DNA of 64,000 bases, taken from the NCBI GenBank assembly GCA_950097015.1, contig CATNEN010000007.1, forward strand, positions 7,254,001 through 7,318,000, read 5' to 3'. Source of the DNA: Macrostomum hystrix. Its lineage: Eukaryota; Animalia; Platyhelminthes. Below, piece by piece: positions 51,062-63,448 of the stretch. The notes beneath the pieces are model-generated. The model was not told where the DNA came from. It saw nothing but the letters and a program-made list of their open reading frames with translations, and made no database searches. The translations under genes were made by a program, and so were the position numbers. The number at the start of each line of letters is the position of its first letter. Position 1 is the first letter of the stretch.

Positions 51062-51251
51062 CATAGTCTATGGTACAATCACAGTATTACCCAGGCTTTG
51101 CGGGCGATAATGAGAAATCCCTCGGGCGCCTTCGGCGCCCTCTGGCTTTCCCATTATCGCCCTGAAAGCCTGGGTAATAATATACTATTTCTCGCTACGC
51201 TCGCCTCGATGCCATTAATCGCAGCCTCGGACATTCTAACCATAGACTATG
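51062..51251. mobile_element. Foldback/MITE-like element with 13-bp inverted ends and a 95-nt internal hairpin
   Basis: CATAGTCTATGGT (51062-51074) and ACCATAGACTATG (51239-51251); the hairpin spans 51085-51179. Confidence 0.55.
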
Positions 51252-51766
51252 ATGAATTAAACAGCCTTTATCATATATGAAATTCGATTGCTTATTTTCG
51301 GGGGGCATCCCATCTGTCATGATTGATAGACATATAGGTTTAGACCATTTGATTCCGACCATACAGTCACGAAGCAGCCAGTCGGTCAGTGGTTGCAAAA
51401 CGTAAAAGCCGAATTCAAAGTTCACTTAAATGTTCCATATAATGCTCCTTATTCCGAGGAGATTATAGATATAATATCCTAGTTTTTGTGAAATAATCAC
51501 ACCAAAAATTGCCATAGACAACACATTCCCGGCTCAGAATATTACAATTTTTAACGATTAAATAAGCAATCGTATTTTATATTCAAATAAAATCCGATTG
51601 CTTATTTTAGAGACGTTTAATGGGCGCCTTCAGAGCGAGGAATTGGCAGTGTGTGGTACAGACTACTTTAATTCCGAGACCTTTACATCATATAATGGGC
51701 CTCAATATAAAATCCGGCTGCTTATTTTATTGACAGCTATTGGGCTCATTCTTTGCCAGGAACGCC

Positions 51767-51885
51767 TAGTCTATGGTTTAAAGTGCTATAATTCCAGGAC
51801 CATCAAATCATTTGATGGGCTCCAAAATGAAGACCATCAAATGATTTGATGGTCCTGAAATAAAAGCAGTTTGAACCATAGACTA
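51767..51885. mobile_element. 119-nt palindromic MITE-like element
   Basis: TAGTCTATGGTT...AACCATAGACTA ends, plus a perfect 24-bp internal inverted repeat CAGGACCATCAAATCATTTGATGG. Confidence 0.6.
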
Positions 51886-54317
51886 AACAGAACTAAACTG
51901 TGTATTTAAATGCATAAAAAATAACTGGAATTATATACTGTATAACAAAGATTATAAATACTATTTATAATCTTTGCTGTATAACGAAGCAACAAAAAGA
52001 CAATTTTCAAGCAAAACTATTGAAATTTGAAACATATTTCGTTTCTTTCAACAATAGGCAGTGCATTAAACGTTTCACAAACTCACTTTTAAACTGAATT
52101 TCGATTTTAGCTCGATCAATGATGATAGACTTGACACCGTGGTTAGTAATAGACCGTATTATTGTCGCTATCTAATTATTCTTCCATCGCGGTGTGGTTT
52201 AAGAGAAAGCTACAAAAGAAAGCAATTCGGATTTCGTCTAGCTAATACTGTCTTAAATTCATGGAAAATTTGTCTATGGTTCCAATGGGGCTTTGCCCCC
52301 ACGCCCCCAATCGGGGCTTTGCCCCGACACTCCCGATGGCTGCACCGCATTCGGCGCGGCTCATTTATTCTTGCATAGAATGCGCATTAAACAATATACA
52401 TGATCTAATATACTTCTCGGCTTCGCCTCGGCCAGGGAAACGCATCCTCGGACTTTCTTTTCCATAGAACAATGTGATAGAAGCACGCGGCTTTCTCATG
52501 CAGCAATCGTTTGTTAATTGCTGCACTCAAAAGCCGTGCGCGCTATCTCTCTCCATTATAGTTAAGAAAATTTTCGAAGCACTTTTTATTTTGCAACGCC
52601 GGAATTTATCTTCAAGCAAAGCGATCTTCTTTTGCTTTTTTTGCAAAACCTTACGTAATAAATCAATTAAATTCAGCTTAAAAAGAACTATGAAACAGTT
52701 TTAAGTACTGTTTAGTAATACTTAGTAGTTTACTAGTTTAGTAGTAAGTTTAGTAAACTACTCTAGTTTAGTAGTTTAGTAGTTTAGTAGTTTAGTAATA
52801 GAGTATAGAGTTAAGAGACAAGAATATATACTACGCGGGAGACTTCTAGTAGCCCTGTTAGTTTCAGAGACAACCTGTCGTTTGTTGGGTAGATTTATTG
52901 CGATCGAATGAACAGTTTGCAGTAGACTTGAATTTCCACGTATATCATTTGTGCACCTGTGAGATATTTAAGCAGAACTCGTTTATTTGAATTTGAAACC
53001 GATATATTTTTAAGCAATATTTTTGCTGTCTGAAGGAAATATTTCTATATGTTCCAGTAAATCTTTTCATCCCTCATTTACGACACACTGAAGCCAGTTC
53101 TTGATGAATTTGCTATGACCAAAAAATTTTATAATTAAAAAAATTTCACTGAGGTTAGAATTAATTTCGAAAAAAATTGACAGAGAAAAAAATAAGAAAA
53201 ATATATTTGTTACTTTGCATGCAAATTGAGTTCACGCTAATTTCAACAGAGATTTTTTAATTTATATTAATTTTGCGTCTAGTTTCCACAGCTACTTGCT
53301 TCAAACTTTTTCGGGCTAGTCTTGACTTAATTTATTAAAAAAACAGCTTAATATAGTGCATATTTAGTATAGTTATGTTGCTGTGAAATGTAGCAGCTTT
53401 TGCACGATTACACCGTCTAAAAGGTATTTTCATGTTCTGAATAAAACTAGTACATATGTTCTAGTATCTTCAAATATACTAAAACTACAAGTCCATGTAA
53501 AAATTATATATATATATAACTTTCTTTAAATATGGAATCCTTATATTATAGCGTCATATCATATATAAAGTCTTAAACTGCCAAATTATTTTTTTATTTT
53601 GTATTTAATTTGTATTTGTATTAAATAGAATACTATATTGGATCATTTTGGCAACTTTCATAAATATAAACAATTTTTACAAATAATATGAATACTTCTC
53701 TTCAAAACCAAAATTTTCTATAAATCTACATTTTTTAACACAAAATGAAAATTATAACCCACACCAAAGAAGAATTGTAAATTAAAGAACCCATCGGCAT
53801 TGTAAAGTTTAAGAATATTTTGCTGAAGCAGTATTTTGTAAATGAACTAATGCATTTTTTGTTGCTTTTGACCATAGCACACTGTAGAATTATTTTTTAA
53901 ATTATTTTTTAAAAAGTAGTTTATTTGCCCAAATTAGACAATCAATATTTTGTGTTTGCTAGCTAAATGTCATATATGTGATACTATTCTAATCTTCAGG
54001 TGTAACACTTGAAGGTAGGATTATCTACCAATAAATAAATAAATTATGCAGTTATATTTTAAAAAGACTTCAGTTATGCAAAAATATTTCTTTGAAAAGA
54101 ATTGTTAATGTATAATTGTGCGTTTTTTTATATTTCTGTATTAGAGAGCGAAATAAAGTTGCTAATTGGAATCTGTTATAAGAGCAAGAGTAACATTGAA
54201 TTATGCTTAACCTTGAAATATAACGCTCGTAGGGTGATGTTATCCCTTCAGCGAACCCCAACCTTATAGCCAGTTTTTTACCCCAGTCAGAAGGTGACCC
54301 GCCGCATGCTTGGCTAG

Positions 54318-57300
54318 ACAGTGGCGGGGCTGCAGCAGCCGGCGGCAGAGGTCGCCCATCCACCCAGACGCCGTCAGCAGTCAGTGGAGGACAGAGAAAA
54401 CGCAAGAGCAAGCAACGATGAGAGAACTGTTGAAGAGGCCGAGGAATCCGGACTCATCACCATCAGCTTCTTGTCTGACCGAAACCACACAGAGTCCGTG
54501 CTGCTGGTTCACCAGCACGGCTGCTCAAGAACGAGACCGCCTCCGGACTCGAGCCCCGCACGCTACCGACAAAAGTAAGTCAGATTGAGATTTCATGACT
54601 GTCAACCCTGATACCAATGAACCCTGATCTATTAGGACAGTGAACCCTGATTTATTGGGACTGTGAACACTGATCTATTAGGACAGTGAACCCTGATCTA
54701 TTGGTACACTGAACCCTGATTTATTGAGACAGTGAACCCTGATTTATTGGGACTGTGAACACTGATCTATTAGGACAGTGAACCCTGATCTATTGGTACA
54801 CTGAACCCTGATTTATTGAGACAGTGAACCCTGATTTATTGGGACAGCCAACCCTGCAGCGACAGTGAACCCTGATCTATTGGGACTGTGAACACTGATC
54901 TATCGGAACAGTGAACCCTGATCTATTGGGACAGTGAACCCTGATCTATTGGGACTGTGAACACTGATCTATCGGAACAATGAACCCTGATCTATTGGGA
55001 CTGTGAACCCTGATCTATCGGAACAGTGAACCCTGATCTATTGGGACTGTGAACACTGATCTATCGGAACAGTCAACCCTGATCTATTAAGACTGTGAAC
55101 ACTGATCTATCGGAACAGTGAACCCTGATCTATTGCGACAGCCAACCCTAATCTATCGGAACAGTGAACCCGGATCTATTGGGACTGTGAACCCTGATCT
55201 ATTGGTACAGTGAACCCTGATCTATTGGGACAGTGAACCCTGATCTATTGGGACAGTGAACCCTTGTCTGTTGGTACAGTGAACCCTTATCTATTGGGAC
55301 AGTGAACCCTGATCTATTGGTACAGTGAACCCTGATCTATCGGAACAGTGAACCCTGATCTATTGGGACTGTGAACCCTGATCTATTGGGACAGTGAACC
55401 CTGATCTATTGGTACAGTGAACCCTGATCTATTGGGACTGTGAACCCTTGACTACTGAACTGTCATTTTTCATGAACCAGAACTAAAATGAAAGAACTTT
55501 CGGAGAAAATTCAAAATCTGAATGTGCTCAGGGACGGAATAGCAGAAACTGATACCAGAATCGCAGTAATGGTTAGTCGGAATCGCAGGAACTGATGCTA
55601 GAAACGCAGGAACTGACGCTGGAATCGCAGGAACAGTAGCCGAAATCGTAGAAATGTTTAGTTGGAATCGCCTGAACTGACGCTGGAATCGCAGGAACTG
55701 TAGTCATAATGCCAGGAATGGTTAGTGGGAGTGGTCGCTGGAACTGAAACCAGAATCGAGTTGTTTTTGACCCGAGAAACTGTTTCTGGAGCAGCTAGTC
55801 AGTGTGATTGAAGAATGCACAGAATTTTAGGAAAAAAGTGGATTCTAAGGAAGTCAGTCTTCCAATTGTGGACTTCCCGCCCTCCCCCCCAGGTGCATCG
55901 CAGCTGTCTGGCCCGCGGCGATGCGGTCGAGAAATCCCCAGATGCCATTTCAGAGAGACAGGCGGACTCGAACAGCTCCTTGTCACTGAGACAGAGATTA
56001 ACCCCCGGGTTCAATCCAGAGGCTCCCTTGCAGCCCAGCCAGGGCTGGAAATTAGCCCAGGCAATTGAAGAGGCCGGCCGGATGAGCCTCGCTGCAGAAT
56101 CCCTATCCAATTTCTGATCCCCGATGGTTGCCCATGCGCTGCTGCAGCTTCTTCCCCACCCCAACTCGGTGCGCCCTCTTCCCCTACAACCTGTTGCCCT
56201 TCTCAAAATATTCTCCGCTTGTGTCTCATTCACTCGATCCTCAAGTGGGCCTGTCTGTATCCCAAAATTTCTTTCCCCTCTGTCTGTATGCCTCTCGCCC
56301 TGAGCTTCTGTCTCTATCTACACGGGGTGTGTATAATCTGCCCAACACCCGGGCCTAAGCCCCCACTCGTTCCTCCCCCCTGTTCGCCTCCGACTAGCAA
56401 AAAATATCTCGTGTGTCTGGATGGTCGTTCAATTCTAATTAATAATTCACGGAGAAGGCTGGGGGATTGGCGGGCAAGACGTCTGCAATTTTTTTGCTTT
56501 TTGTAGCTTTTCTAGAGTTTAGTTTGAGCGATCAACTACGTTGATCAAAAATTTAAAGTGCAATGCAGCTGCATTCCTCATGCGATGATGGGAATGTGTT
56601 TTAGCAGATCCCACTCATTGCAAAGACCGAGAATAATTACCATTGCCAGAGCCTCCACCCAAGCCCAGCTGCTCAAAGCAATCTATTGTTTATGTACAGT
56701 TTATATTAGACGGAATCAATTGCCAATGCCTAATTTATAAAACACACTATTTATATCTATACTTGCATTTCTCATTCAATAGAGATTGCAGTTTTGTTTA
56801 ACTGCGCCGGCATTATGATGTATTGATAGGCATTGTGAGACAATATACAATCTGCTTGAGTACTCCGATAGCGCCGTATAACCATTCTGTGTTCTGTGTG
56901 TTGCACTATTATTAGTTTGCCCCAAACATGCACTTTTTGCAGGCTGTGTGACGAAGCCTCCAAGAGATGGCTCAGCCTGAGGCGCCTTCATCAGCAGAAG
57001 AGCAACGACAGCGCAGAGCAGCAGCAGCAGCCACAGCAGCAGCAGCAGCAGCAGCAGAATCGTGACTTTCTTAGCTCTCTGTTTAATAAACTGTCAGGTA
57101 CGTCAAGCTGTCAAGCTGTCAAACTGGCTCATTCAAGCACTGAGATCGCCCTCTAAACAGTTTCCTTTAAAGTTTCTAAAGTTTCTCGGTTTCCATTTAG
57201 AAATCTATAGAAGCTCAATGGGCTTTCTACACCCACCGCAGCATCTGTGCTACTGTTTTGAGCGCGTTTCCAATATATTTTTCTATACATATCGGCTCCA

Positions 57301-60300
57301 TGAGAAATTCACCCATGCGACAAGTTTTTATGGGGATGATAAATTCCGCATTCATTATTGCCTAGTCTGAATTGATCAGTTATGATGTGAGGAAACCTTT
57401 GCAATTATCTCGCTAAAACATGCTTTTCCGCCGACTAAAAAATATTTTTTTTCAACAAAATGACCTCATGAAGCCAGGCTTATCGCTGGCGTTCCATGCC
57501 CCTTCAGCATTTATAAATAGTAAGGCCTTATCAACCGCGACGGCTAACCTCAGAAAATTCGAAACCATTTAAGGAAGCTTGTCAGTCGTGACCGCCGAGT
57601 CCTCTGACTCGCCTCCGACGCCGCGTCGTGAAGCCGTCGTCGATTTGAGGCAGCAGGCCTCCTTGGACAGCGAGCCAACGCCGCAGTCGCCACAGACGTT
57701 GACTTATCGACTATTTAATAAGACGCGGCCGCGAAGATTCAAGGAGAGCCCACCGGCCGCCGCCGCCGCCGCCAACGATACTGTGGACAGTGCCGACGCT
57801 GTGGTAGTCGACGACGGTGGCGACGTCGGAGATCGGATGCAGCTAGGCGAGGAACCAGGTGAGCGACGATTGGAGTGCTCACGGGAGTAAAAATTTTAAA
57901 ACTATAAAAGTGGCAATATGAGTGACTTTTTAAGTGACTACAGGAGTGACTACAGGAGTGACTTTAGGAGTGAATACAGGAGTGACTTTAGGAGTGACTA
58001 CAGGAGTGACTTTAGGAGTGAATACAGGAGTGACTTTAGGAATGAATACAGGAGTGACTTTAGGAGTGACTACAGGAGTGACTTTAGGATTGACTACAGG
58101 AGTTACTACAGAGTGACTATAGGAGTGACTACAGGAGTGACTATAGGAGTGAATTTAGGAGTGACTACAGGAGTGAATGCAGAATTGACTTTAGGAGTGA
58201 CTATAGGAGTGACTTTAGGAGTGACTACAGGAGTGACTTTAGGAGTGAATACAGGAGTGACTTTAGGAGTGAATACAGGAGTGACTACAGGAGTGACTTT
58301 AGGATTGACCACAGGAGTGACTACAGGAGTGACTTTAGGATTGACTACAGGAGTGACTTTAGGATTGACTACAGGAGTGACTTAAGGAGTTACTACAGGA
58401 GTGAATTTATGAGTGACTACAGGAGTGACTTTAGGGTTGACTACAGGAGTTACTACAGAGTGACTATAGGAGTGACTACAGAGTGACTATAGGAGTGAAT
58501 TTAGGAGTGACTACAGGAGTGAATGCAGAATTGACTTTAGGAGTGAATAAATAAGTGACTTTAGGAGTGACTACAGGAGTGACTACAGGAGTGACTTTAG
58601 GATTGACCACAGGAGTGACTACAGGAGTGACTTTAGGATTGACTACAGGAGTGACTTTAGGATTGACTACAGGAGTGACTTTAGGATTGACTACAGGAGT
58701 GACTTTAGGATTGACTACAGGAGTGACTTTAGGATTGACTACAGGAGTGACTTTAGGAGTGAATACAGGAGTGACTTTAGGAGTGACTACAGGAGTGACT
58801 TTAGGGTTGACTACAGGAGTTACTACAGAGTGACTATAGGAGTGACTACAGGAGTGACTATAGGAGTGAATTTAGGAGTGACTACAGGAGTGAATGCAGG
58901 AGTGACTTTAGGAGTGACTATAGGAGTGAATTTAGGAGTGACTACAGGAGTGAATGCAGGAGTGACTTTAGGAGTGAATACAGGAGTGATTTTAAGGTGA
59001 CAATAGCAGTTACAACAGGGCTCACAAACTGTATCAGTGAATATCAGTACAGTTCACAAGAGACATGGGAATGACAGGAGTCGCAGAGCACCCTGAGCAT
59101 AGTCTCGGATCAGGTACTGTCTGCGATTTCTCTCCGCCAAGGATTCGACGCCAGAGGAGAGGAAAGCGAAAGATCGATAGGCGAACAATATTGATGCGCA
59201 TGATGGGTTTCGCTATGAGCGGGGGAGAGGAGGATGATAGATGGTGTTGCTGGGCGCTGCTGATAAGATTGTTGCTGCAGCGACTGTGTTTGGCATGCAA
59301 TCAATTCTCTAAGAATAGCCCCACTGCCGGTGAGGGGAGAAGAATGCCTGGCTGTTGTCTGTTGCCGCACTCGCACAAACAGCCACTCCCCCGCTGCAGA
59401 CATTGTGAGATTCCTTCTGGAGCAGCAGGCCAAGTGCTGGCCCGGCCCCCTTAGCAACGGATCCGCAACGCAATTTGGTGAGAGTCCAGGATTCGAACTT
59501 TGGGATCCCAAAATACTCCAAGCCAAGCTAACAGTGCTGATGTGTACAAAAAATGCTCCTCAGGCCATCCGATATTTGAGCAGTCTCCGTCCTCTGCGGC
59601 GGATGCCGACACCTGTCTAGCAGTATCCAACTTCCCAGCTTCATCAACAGTCGCTGGAGCTGCGGCCGACGCCAAGTCAGCAGCAAGCGCGACTTCTCCA
59701 GCTGCAACGAGGTGCCCGGATGCGCCTCTGCTGTTGCCAGCTCAGAGTCTAGACAGCGCCGGTGGCCTCGCCGCGTCGCCACGCGCTGCATCGCCCTGCC
59801 TGTCCGCCTCCGTCCCGGCAGCATCGCCGGCAGCCAGCGACGTAGGCCGCCAGTCTAAAACCAACAACGCCGCCAATGATGGCTGCGGCTCGGTGAAGTT
59901 GGCGCTGGATTTTAACTTCAAGACGTCGGCCTTTGTTGTGCACATCATCGAGTGCCGAGACCTACCAGCTGGCGACGAGCGGAGAGTGCGCACTGATTGG
60001 TGAGTGCGTGGGCGGGCTATGACTGCACTGATTTGTGAATGCGTGGGCGGGCTGTAGTAGTCCAGAAGTGGTGAATGCGTGGGCGGGCTGTAGTAGTCCA
60101 GATTGGAAAATGCGTGGGCGGGCTGGAGTAGTTCAGATTGGTGAATGCGTGGGCGGGCTGGAGTAGTCCAGATTGGAAAATGCGTGGGCGGGCTGTAGTA
60201 GTCCAGAGTGGTGAATGCGTGGGCGGGCTGTAGTAGTCCAGATTGGTGAATGCGTGGGCGGGCTGTAGTAGTCCAGATTGGAAAATGCGTGGGCGGCATC

Positions 60301-62225
60301 TAAGTGAGTTTCATTCCCGCAGCTATGTAAAGACTTGTCTTCTTCCGGATCAAACTCGCAACGCAAAGAGACGAACAAAGGTGAAGAAAAACTCCACGTG
60401 CCCTATCTTCGACGAGAAGCTAAAGGTAGGAATTAATTGTTTTATTTGCAGCAAATGCAGCTTCGTCAGGAGAGCAGAATCGGAGTGCTATCTTAGCCTT
60501 ACTCGGGAGTTTTCCAGAATTTACAGTTACTAATTAGCGTAATAGCATTGCCAGTGCCTCGCTAATCACTATAGACAAGGATACAAATACCCTGTCCATT
60601 GACCCATTGGTTAGTATCGAATCAGCGCGCCGGACTTGGAGACACGCAAGTTGCGAGTCTCGGCCTGGCACAGCTCGGCCCTGCTGCACCCGGACCGGCC
60701 GCTCGGCGAGCTGGAAATGGGGCTCAGCTCGGCGCTGCTGGAATGCCGCGAGGCGCGCTGGTTCCGATTCAGTGCGCCGGCCCAGCCTGCGGCAGCCTCC
60801 GAGCTCCAACTGGCGCACCGAAAGTACATCGGTGAGGTTACGCTGTCGTTGAAGTATGTCACCCCGGCCAGTGTCAGCATCACCGACATCCGGCAAGTGA
60901 CCAGCCGGGGCGAGCTGCGAGTCTGGATCAAGGAGGCGCGCAACCTCGGTTCCGGTCGCTTCGGCACCGGCGCCGCCGACCCCTACATCAAACTGTGAGT
61001 CCGCGGAATAGGGCAACTGACTGAGTGATTAATAGTGAGCGAAGTGAATAGTGTGGAGTGAGCGAAGTGAATAGTGTGGATTGTGAGCTGTGTGCTCAGT
61101 GAGTAGTGAACAGTGCCCTCAGTGGCACTGTGGAGTGAGCAGTGTGCTCAGTGGCACTGTGGAGTGAGAATAGTGGTCAGTGGGAAGTGAGCAGTGTGCT
61201 CAGTGGCACTCTGGAGTGAGCAGAGTGGTCAGTGGGGAGTGAGAAGTGTGCTCACTGGGGAGTGAGCAGAGTGGTCAGTGGGGAGTAAGCAGAGTGGTCA
61301 GTGGGGAGTAAGCAGAGTGGTCAGTGGGGAGTGAGCAGAGTGGTCAGTGGGGAGTGAGCAGTGTGCTCACTGGGGAGTGAGCAGAGTGGTCAGTGGGGAG
61401 TGAGCAGTGTGCTCAGTGGCACTGTGGAGTGAGCAGAGTGGTCAGTGGGGAGTGAGCAGTGTGCTCAGTGGGGAATGAGCAGCCGGCTCTACCTGAACCC
61501 TGGCACCCGCAGGTGCCTGGCGCCCGGACTGCAACCAGACGGCAGCGTCAGCAAGCTCCGCACACCGCCAGTGCGCCGCTCCTGCAGTCCAGTGTGGAAT
61601 CTGGTCCTGAAGTTCGAGAATGTCTCTGCCGCGGAGCTGCACTCGCGCCGCCTGGAGCTGACAGTGTGGGACAAGTACAGGCTGATGCCCGGCAGCAAGA
61701 CCTGCCTGGGCTGCGTACTACTTCAATGCGAGCATGAAGGTTAGTCGCTTATTGACGCCTCAGAAGAGCCAAGCCTTCTTTACATTAACAGAAGATAAGA
61801 CTACTTGTGCAGATGAAATACACGTCCTTTTAATAAGGGCCAGTGAGTTGTGTGACAGTGGAGCTCAGGGGGCAGCGGAACGAGCAGAACCGTCTCATTA
61901 GCTGCTAGCGAATCGATTTAGCTTGATCGTGTGCTGCGATTGACAACAAAACGGAGTCACAGAATGGGCGGATCGAGTGACAGGATATGGGTGACAGAGA
62001 AGGGGTGACTGAGGAGACGGAGTGACAGGAAATAGTGTACATCACTGCTTCATTACTTCAGACCACAAAGTGTCTCACACGGCCTCGTCGTCTCTGAGTC
62101 AGTCGCCGGCGCGCCAGTCGGCAGAGTCGCGCATGTGGCGTACGGTGCTGCAGCGGCACAACGTCTGGGTGGACGGCAACTTTCAGCTGCGCGAGTCGCT
62201 GCTGCCCTGTTCGGACTGCTCATGA
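54318..62225 (+). CDS. Synaptotagmin-like protein (tandem C2A-C2B; SYTL4/5- or bitesize-like); N-terminus unresolved
   Basis: Phase-compatible exons ~54318-54574, 56943-57097, 57574-57858, 59400-59477, 59564-59999, 60323-60425, 60615-60994, 61513-61739 and 62062-62225. C2A: FVVHIIECRDL..TDCYVKTCLLPD..KRRTKVKK..PIFDEKLKY..LRVSAWH. Linker: GEVTLSLKY..GELRVWIKEARNL. C2B: DPYIKL..PVWN..LELTVWD. Slp-type tail: MWRTVLQRHNVWVDGNFQLR. The C2 exons (59564-62225) are solid; the upstream exons are tentative. Confidence 0.85.
54600..55450. repeat. Intronic minisatellite, 23-nt unit GAACCCTGATCTATTGGGACAGT
   Basis: About 36 copies. Confidence 0.95.
55535..55760. repeat. Degenerate 21-nt repeat GGAATCGCAGGAACTGACGCT
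   Basis: About 10 diverged copies. Confidence 0.75.
57920..59000. repeat. Intronic minisatellite, 12-nt unit AGGAGTGACT(AC/TT)
   Basis: About 90 copies. Confidence 0.95.
59990..60297. repeat. 35-nt minisatellite GATTGGTGAATGCGTGGGCGGGCTGTAGTAGTCCA, starting inside a C2A exon and spanning its donor
   Basis: Nine units including the real exon/intron junction at 59999/60000. Confidence 0.93.
61030..61480. repeat. Intronic minisatellite, ~23-nt unit GTGGTCAGTGGGGAGTGAGCAGA
   Basis: Fills intron 60995-61512. Confidence 0.92.
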
Positions 62226-63448
62226 GAGTCGCCTTGTGCTTTATCTTCTGGCCCAGCATTGAATCCAAGCATTTTCTTAGTTTTTTGCCCTGATGCTTAA
62301 TAACTGCCATAAACAGCTGTGAGATGAGATGTGAGATGAGATGAGATGAAATGAAAACATGCATTGTGTTTTCAGCGCAAACACCTGTATATTTACATAT
62401 ATACCCAACTCAGTTGAGCTTAGTAATTCCCACAGCGTTCATTGATATTATTAGTCTAATTTCACGCGGCATCAATTGGATTGTAGGTTGAATATTCAAC
62501 TTGTAGCGCTTCATTAATAGCTGTGCCCATAGCAGCTTTTGTTAACGTGCTTTGTATAGGCGAAAATATTCTTAATGCACTACTTAAACATACACTAACA
62601 GTAGCGAAATGCGCATGTTAATTAAACTGATCATTAAGATTTGTCTCGCCCACTCACTTATCTAAAGTATGGAATTATACGAGTAAAATGCGCAAAAATG
62701 AAAGCGCAATCACTTTTGACGTATGCTAGGCCCGCTTATTGTCTAGTCTGTTTTCTGCTTATCGATACAAACCAATTGCAATACAATTCTACTGAGTCAT
62801 TTTAAACTGTAAATGCGCGCAATGCAAAAAATACAATACAGAGAAACGTTTCAAGTCTGTTTTCTTCCAGACGGCCAACAAATAATAGCAGAGACAGGAC
62901 AGTAAGCCAGCCTCGCAAATATTAGATGTCATAATTGATTCATTATATTCAGCTCATTAAACTGCAAATAGGCTAGACAAAACGTTGATCTGATGATATA
63001 TAATAGATCTAAGGACAATAATGAATGGCATGGGACTTTTGCGAGTCAATGAATTGAAATGTCAATTCAATTAGTGTTTTGATAAACTTAGTGCTTAAAG
63101 TTACACGCAAAACTGTTAATGATTCTGAATTTTGAATAAACCAAAAACGGTGGAGGCACTCAGCAGTGCAGATTTCCAATCAGGCTCATAATAAGAATTT
63201 GCGAAACAGAAGGCTTTGAAAGTAGACAAATAAGGGCCCGAAACCGTACCAATAAAGTGTGAACTCAGAAACGACATATATTAAATTTCGAGACAAAAGT
63301 CATACAACAACAGTGACGGCAGAATTAAAGACTACTAAAAGTTTAGAATTAGAAGTAAAGACTCAACAATAATAATAATTACGCGCCCTGAAGGTTCAGG
63401 CATTCAATTGTTTTTCCATCGCGCCGCAGAAATTGCCATCAAGTGAAT

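Noticed and set aside
55815-56117. Extra Slp exon after cccccAG at ~55892
   Set aside because: The frames compatible with the upstream donor hit stops and show no recognisable motif.
57918-58833. DYRSDFRS and GVTT repeat ORFs
   Set aside because: They come from a 12-nt minisatellite in an intron of the C2 gene.
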